From a virus (Duplodnaviria; Heunggongvirae; Uroviricota; Caudoviricetes), in IMG/VR virus record IMGVR_UViG_2609459860_000011: a DNA stretch of 9,746 bases. One strand, 5' to 3'. Below the pieces are notes generated by a model. The model saw only the letters and a program-made list of their open reading frames with translations, ran no database searches and had not been told where the DNA came from. The position numbers were made by a program, and so were the translations under genes. Each line of letters begins with the position of its first letter. The first letter of the stretch is position 1. Below, piece by piece: positions 7,144 through 9,746 of the stretch.

Positions 7144-8306
7144 TGCTGGATGCGCTGACATTTGATGCAGGCAGTACGCTGACGCCGGATTACATGCTGA
7201 TGCTCGACAGCAGGGATATTACCGGCAATATCAGCGACCGTCTGATGAGCATGACCCTGACGGATAACCGGGGCTTTGAGGCTGATCAGCTTGATATTGA
7301 ACTGAACGATGCCGACGGGCAGGTCGAACTGCCGGTTCGTGGCGCTGTTCTGACGGTGTATATCGGCTGGAAAGGTTTTGCCCTGGTATGCAAAGGGAAA
7401 TTCACCGTTGATGAGGTAGAACACCGGGGCACGCCGGATGTGGTCGCCATCCGGGCCCGGAGTGCAGATTTTCGTGGCACGCTCAATTCCCGCCGTGAAG
7501 GCTCCTGGCATGACACCACGCTCGGTGCGATTGTTGAGGCGATAGCCTCCCGTAACAGGCTGGAAGCCAGTGTCGCTCCGTCACTGGCCGGAATTAAAAT
7601 CCCGCACATCGACCAGTCGCAGGAGTCTGATGCAAAATTCCTGACCCGCCTTGCTGAACGCAACGGCGGTGAGGTGTCGGTAAAAATGGGAAAACTGTTG
7701 TTTCTCAAAGCGGGGCAGGGGGGGACGGCCAGCGGTAAAAAAATCCCGCAGATTACCATCACCCGCAGCGACGGCGACCGTCATCATTTTGCGATTGCTG
7801 ACCGTGGAGCCTACACCGGCGTAACGGCAAAGTGGTTACACACCAAAGACCCGAAGCCGCAAAAGCAGAAGGTAAAACTGAAACGCAAAAAGAAAGAGAA
7901 ACACCTGCGCGCACTGGAGCACCCGAAAGCGAAACCGGTCACGCAGAAGAAAGCGCCAAAAGTACCGGAAGCGCGCGAAGGTGAATACATGGCCGGTGAG
8001 GCTGACAATGTTTTTGCCCTGACCACGGTATATGCCACGAAAGCGCAGGCCATGCGCGCCGCTCAGGCGAAGTGGGATAAACTGCAACGGGGCGTTGCGG
8101 AGTTCTCCATCAGCCTGGCTACCGGTCGGGCTGATATTTACACGGAAACACCGGTTAAAGTGTCAGGCTTTAAGCGCGTCATAGACGAGCAGGACTGGAC
8201 AATCACTAAGGTGACACATTTTCTGAATAATAGCGGCTTCACGACGTCCTTAGAGCTTGAGGTCAGGCTTTCTGATGTGGAGTACGAAACAGAAGATGAA
8301 GAATGA
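7143..8306 (+). CDS. D: Tail protein gpD (P2 late gene D)
   Basis: 387 aa, the same length as P2 D; MLDALTFDAGSTLTPDYMLMLDSRDITGNISDRLMSMTLTDNRGFEADQLDIELNDADGQ...; last gene of the FI-D tail operon. Confidence 0.85.
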   Translation: MLDALTFDAGSTLTPDYMLMLDSRDITGNISDRLMSMTLTDNRGFEADQLDIELNDADGQVELPVRGAVLTVYIGWKGFALVCKGKFTVDEVEHRGTPDVVAIRARSADFRGTLNSRREGSWHDTTLGAIVEAIASRNRLEASVAPSLAGIKIPHIDQSQESDAKFLTRLAERNGGEVSVKMGKLLFLKAGQGGTASGKKIPQITITRSDGDRHHFAIADRGAYTGVTAKWLHTKDPKPQKQKVKLKRKKKEKHLRALEHPKAKPVTQKKAPKVPEAREGEYMAGEADNVFALTTVYATKAQAMRAAQAKWDKLQRGVAEFSISLATGRADIYTETPVKVSGFKRVIDEQDWTITKVTHFLNNSGFTTSLELEVRLSDVEYETEDEE

Positions 8307-8324
8307 TGTGTTTTATTTATCTGT

Positions 8325-8353
8325 TTGTTTTGTAAGGATAAATTAACTAAAAT
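8325..8353 (+). promoter_or_regulatory. Candidate sigma70 promoter for ogr
   Basis: -35 TTGTTT (8325-8330), 17-bp spacer, -10 TAAAAT (8348-8353); would give a 5' UTR of about 28 nt before the ogr ATG. ogr is known to have its own promoter in P2. Confidence 0.35.
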
Positions 8354-8387
8354 GGCACCATCAACAAAACCGGAAGAGGTGCTCGCG

Positions 8388-8606
8388 ATGTTTCATTGTC
8401 CTTTATGCCAGCATGCCGCACATGCGCGTACAAGTCGCTATATCACTGACACGACAAAAGAGCGTTATCACCAGTGTCAGAACGTGAATTGCAGCGCCAC
8501 GTTCATCACTTATGAGTCGGTACAGCGATACATCGTGAAGCCGGGAGAAGTCCACGCAGTAAGGCCGCACCCGTTGCCGTCAGGGCAGCAAATTATGTGG
8601 ATGTGA
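8388..8606 (+). CDS. ogr: Ogr zinc-finger late-gene transcriptional activator (Ogr/Delta family)
   Basis: 72 aa, MFHCPLCQHAAHARTSRYITDTTKERYHQCQNVNCSATFITYESVQRYIVKPGEVHAVRPHPLPSGQQIMWM; Cys4 motif CPLC...CQNVNC. RBS GGAAGAGG at 8372-8379. The ORF-track start at 8325 is an in-frame upstream extension with no RBS. Confidence 0.85.
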   Translation: MFHCPLCQHAAHARTSRYITDTTKERYHQCQNVNCSATFITYESVQRYIVKPGEVHAVRPHPLPSGQQIMWM

Positions 8607-8617
8607 TCACAAAAATA

Positions 8618-8645
8618 GCCCCTCAGTTGAGGGGCTTTATTTATG
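8618..8645 (+). terminator. Rho-independent terminator after ogr
   Basis: AGCCCCTC-AGTT-GAGGGGCT (8-bp GC-rich stem, 4-nt loop) followed by TTATTTAT. Confidence 0.6.
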
Positions 8646-8650
8646 GTCGA

Positions 8651-8669
8651 TGTGGACGCTATGTGGACA
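8651..8669 (+). other. Direct repeats ATGTGGAC x2 (a third, ATGTGGAT, at 8595-8602): candidate integrase arm-type binding sites of the prophage att arm
   Basis: gATGTGGACgctATGTGGACAg between the ogr terminator and the host-side terminator. I recall, without certainty, that P2 Int arm sites resemble TGTGGACA. An IHF-like site TATCATCAGGTTA (8693-8705) lies just downstream. Confidence 0.3.
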
Positions 8670-8734
8670 GTGGTTTATATAAATCCATTTATATCATCAG
8701 GTTAGGTGATTTTTTGTGACACCATCCCTGTCTT

Positions 8735-8762
8735 CCCCCACATGATGTGGGGGTTTTTTTTT
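8735..8762 (+). terminator. Strong rho-independent terminator; possibly the duplicated 3' end/terminator of the upstream host locus (cpxP/CpxQ) forming the att core
   Basis: CCCCCAC-ATGAT-GTGGGGG followed by a run of 9 T (8754-8762). It sits 81 bp upstream of fieF. Confidence 0.65.
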
Positions 8763-8843
8763 ATCCTCAATTTGCCTGCTGCTTAATGCATTGCAGATGA
8801 TTTGCTTCCGTTATACTAGCGTCAGTTGATAGCGGGAGTATTT

Positions 8844-9746
8844 ATGAATCAATCTTATGGACGGCTGGTCAGTCGGGCGGCGATTGCTGCGACGGCGATG
8901 GCTTCGTTGCTATTGCTGATTAAAATTTTTGCATGGTGGTATACCGGGTCGGTGAGTATTCTCGCCGCGCTGGTGGATTCGCTGGTGGATATCGGCGCGT
9001 CGTTGACGAATTTACTGGTGGTGCGATATTCCCTGCAACCTGCCGACGATAATCACTCGTTTGGTCACGGTAAAGCAGAGTCCCTCGCGGCGCTGGCGCA
9101 AAGTATGTTTATCTCCGGTTCGGCACTATTCCTGTTTTTGACGGGTATTCAACATCTGATATCTCCAACACCGATGACAGATCCAGGCGTCGGGGTTATC
9201 GTGACAATTGTGGCGCTAATTTGTACGATTATCCTTGTCTCGTTTCAGCGTTGGGTGGTGCGGCGGACGCAAAGCCAGGCGGTGCGGGCTGATATGCTAC
9301 ATTACCAGTCTGATGTTATGATGAACGGCGCAATTCTGCTGGCGCTGGGGTTGTCCTGGTACGGCTGGCATCGCGCCGATGCTCTGTTTGCATTGGGAAT
9401 CGGCATCTATATTTTATATAGCGCGTTACGCATGGGATATGAGGCGGTACAGTCATTACTGGATCGCGCATTGCCTGATGAGGAACGGCAAGAAATTATT
9501 GATATCGTGACTTCCTGGCCGGGTGTTAGCGGCGCTCACGATCTTCGCACGCGGCAGTCAGGGCCGACCCGCTTTATTCAGATTCATTTGGAAATGGAAG
9601 ACTCTCTGCCTTTGGTTCAGGCACATATGGTGGCGGATCAGGTAGAGCAGGCTATTTTACGGCGTTTTCCGGGATCGGATGTAATTATCCATCAGGACCC
9701 CTGTTCCGTCGTACCCAGGGAGGGTAAACGGTCTATGCTTTCATAA
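8844..9746 (+). CDS. fieF: Cation-diffusion-facilitator family Fe(II)/Zn(II) efflux transporter FieF (YiiP)
   Basis: 300 aa, [51 protein letters not shown]..., recognised as E. coli FieF; RBS GGGAG at 8833-8837; TAA at 9744-9746. The ORF-track start at 8826 is an upstream extension. Candidate -10 TATACT at 8812-8817. Confidence 0.9.

Noticed and set aside
7053-8087. Minus-strand ORFs over U and D (7053..7511, 7286..7762, 7581..7787, 7811..8053, 7836..8087)
   Set aside because: Shadow ORFs; the last two are Phe/Leu-rich reverse reads of the Lys-rich linker in gpD.
8325-8387. N-terminal extension of ogr (ORF track start at 8325, 93 aa)
   Set aside because: Ogr/Delta proteins start MFHCPLCQH...; the ATG at 8388 has a good RBS, and the extension overlaps the predicted ogr promoter.
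8826-8843. Alternative upstream start for fieF (MIAGVF-MNQ...)
   Set aside because: FieF begins [10 protein letters not shown]...; the ATG at 8844 is preceded by GGGAG at the right spacing, while 8826 has no RBS.
1-9746. CRISPR arrays, tRNA or rRNA genes, IS elements or a novel defence operon
   Set aside because: No short direct-repeat/spacer arrays, no tRNA-like cloverleaf candidates and no transposase-like ORFs were seen; all ORFs over about 60 aa are accounted for by phage tail, invertase, ogr or fieF.

Overview
This window is the right-hand end of an integrated P2-like (Peduovirus-type) prophage and its junction with the host chromosome. Left to right: the distal part of an invertible tail-fibre segment (an active tfa on +, an alternate tfa and a silent fibre C-terminal cassette on -, and a hix/gix-type crossover site); a Gin/Pin/Hin-family serine DNA invertase; the tail genes FI (sheath), FII (tube), E/E' (chaperone, programmed -1 frameshift), T (tape measure), U and D; the late activator ogr; two intrinsic terminators and a putative attR; and host fieF (CDF metal exporter). 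No rRNA, tRNA or CRISPR array was seen. Calls rest on recognising the translated ORFs (lengths and sequences match my memory of phage P2 proteins, Gin/Pin invertases and E. coli FieF) and on reading motifs directly; no database search or computation was possible. I did not find a strongly supported novel system: every sizeable ORF is explained by known phage tail or host genes. The items most worth a second look are the tail-fibre inversion switch, the frameshift site, and the attR junction, which may lie in the 3' end of the cpxP/CpxQ locus.
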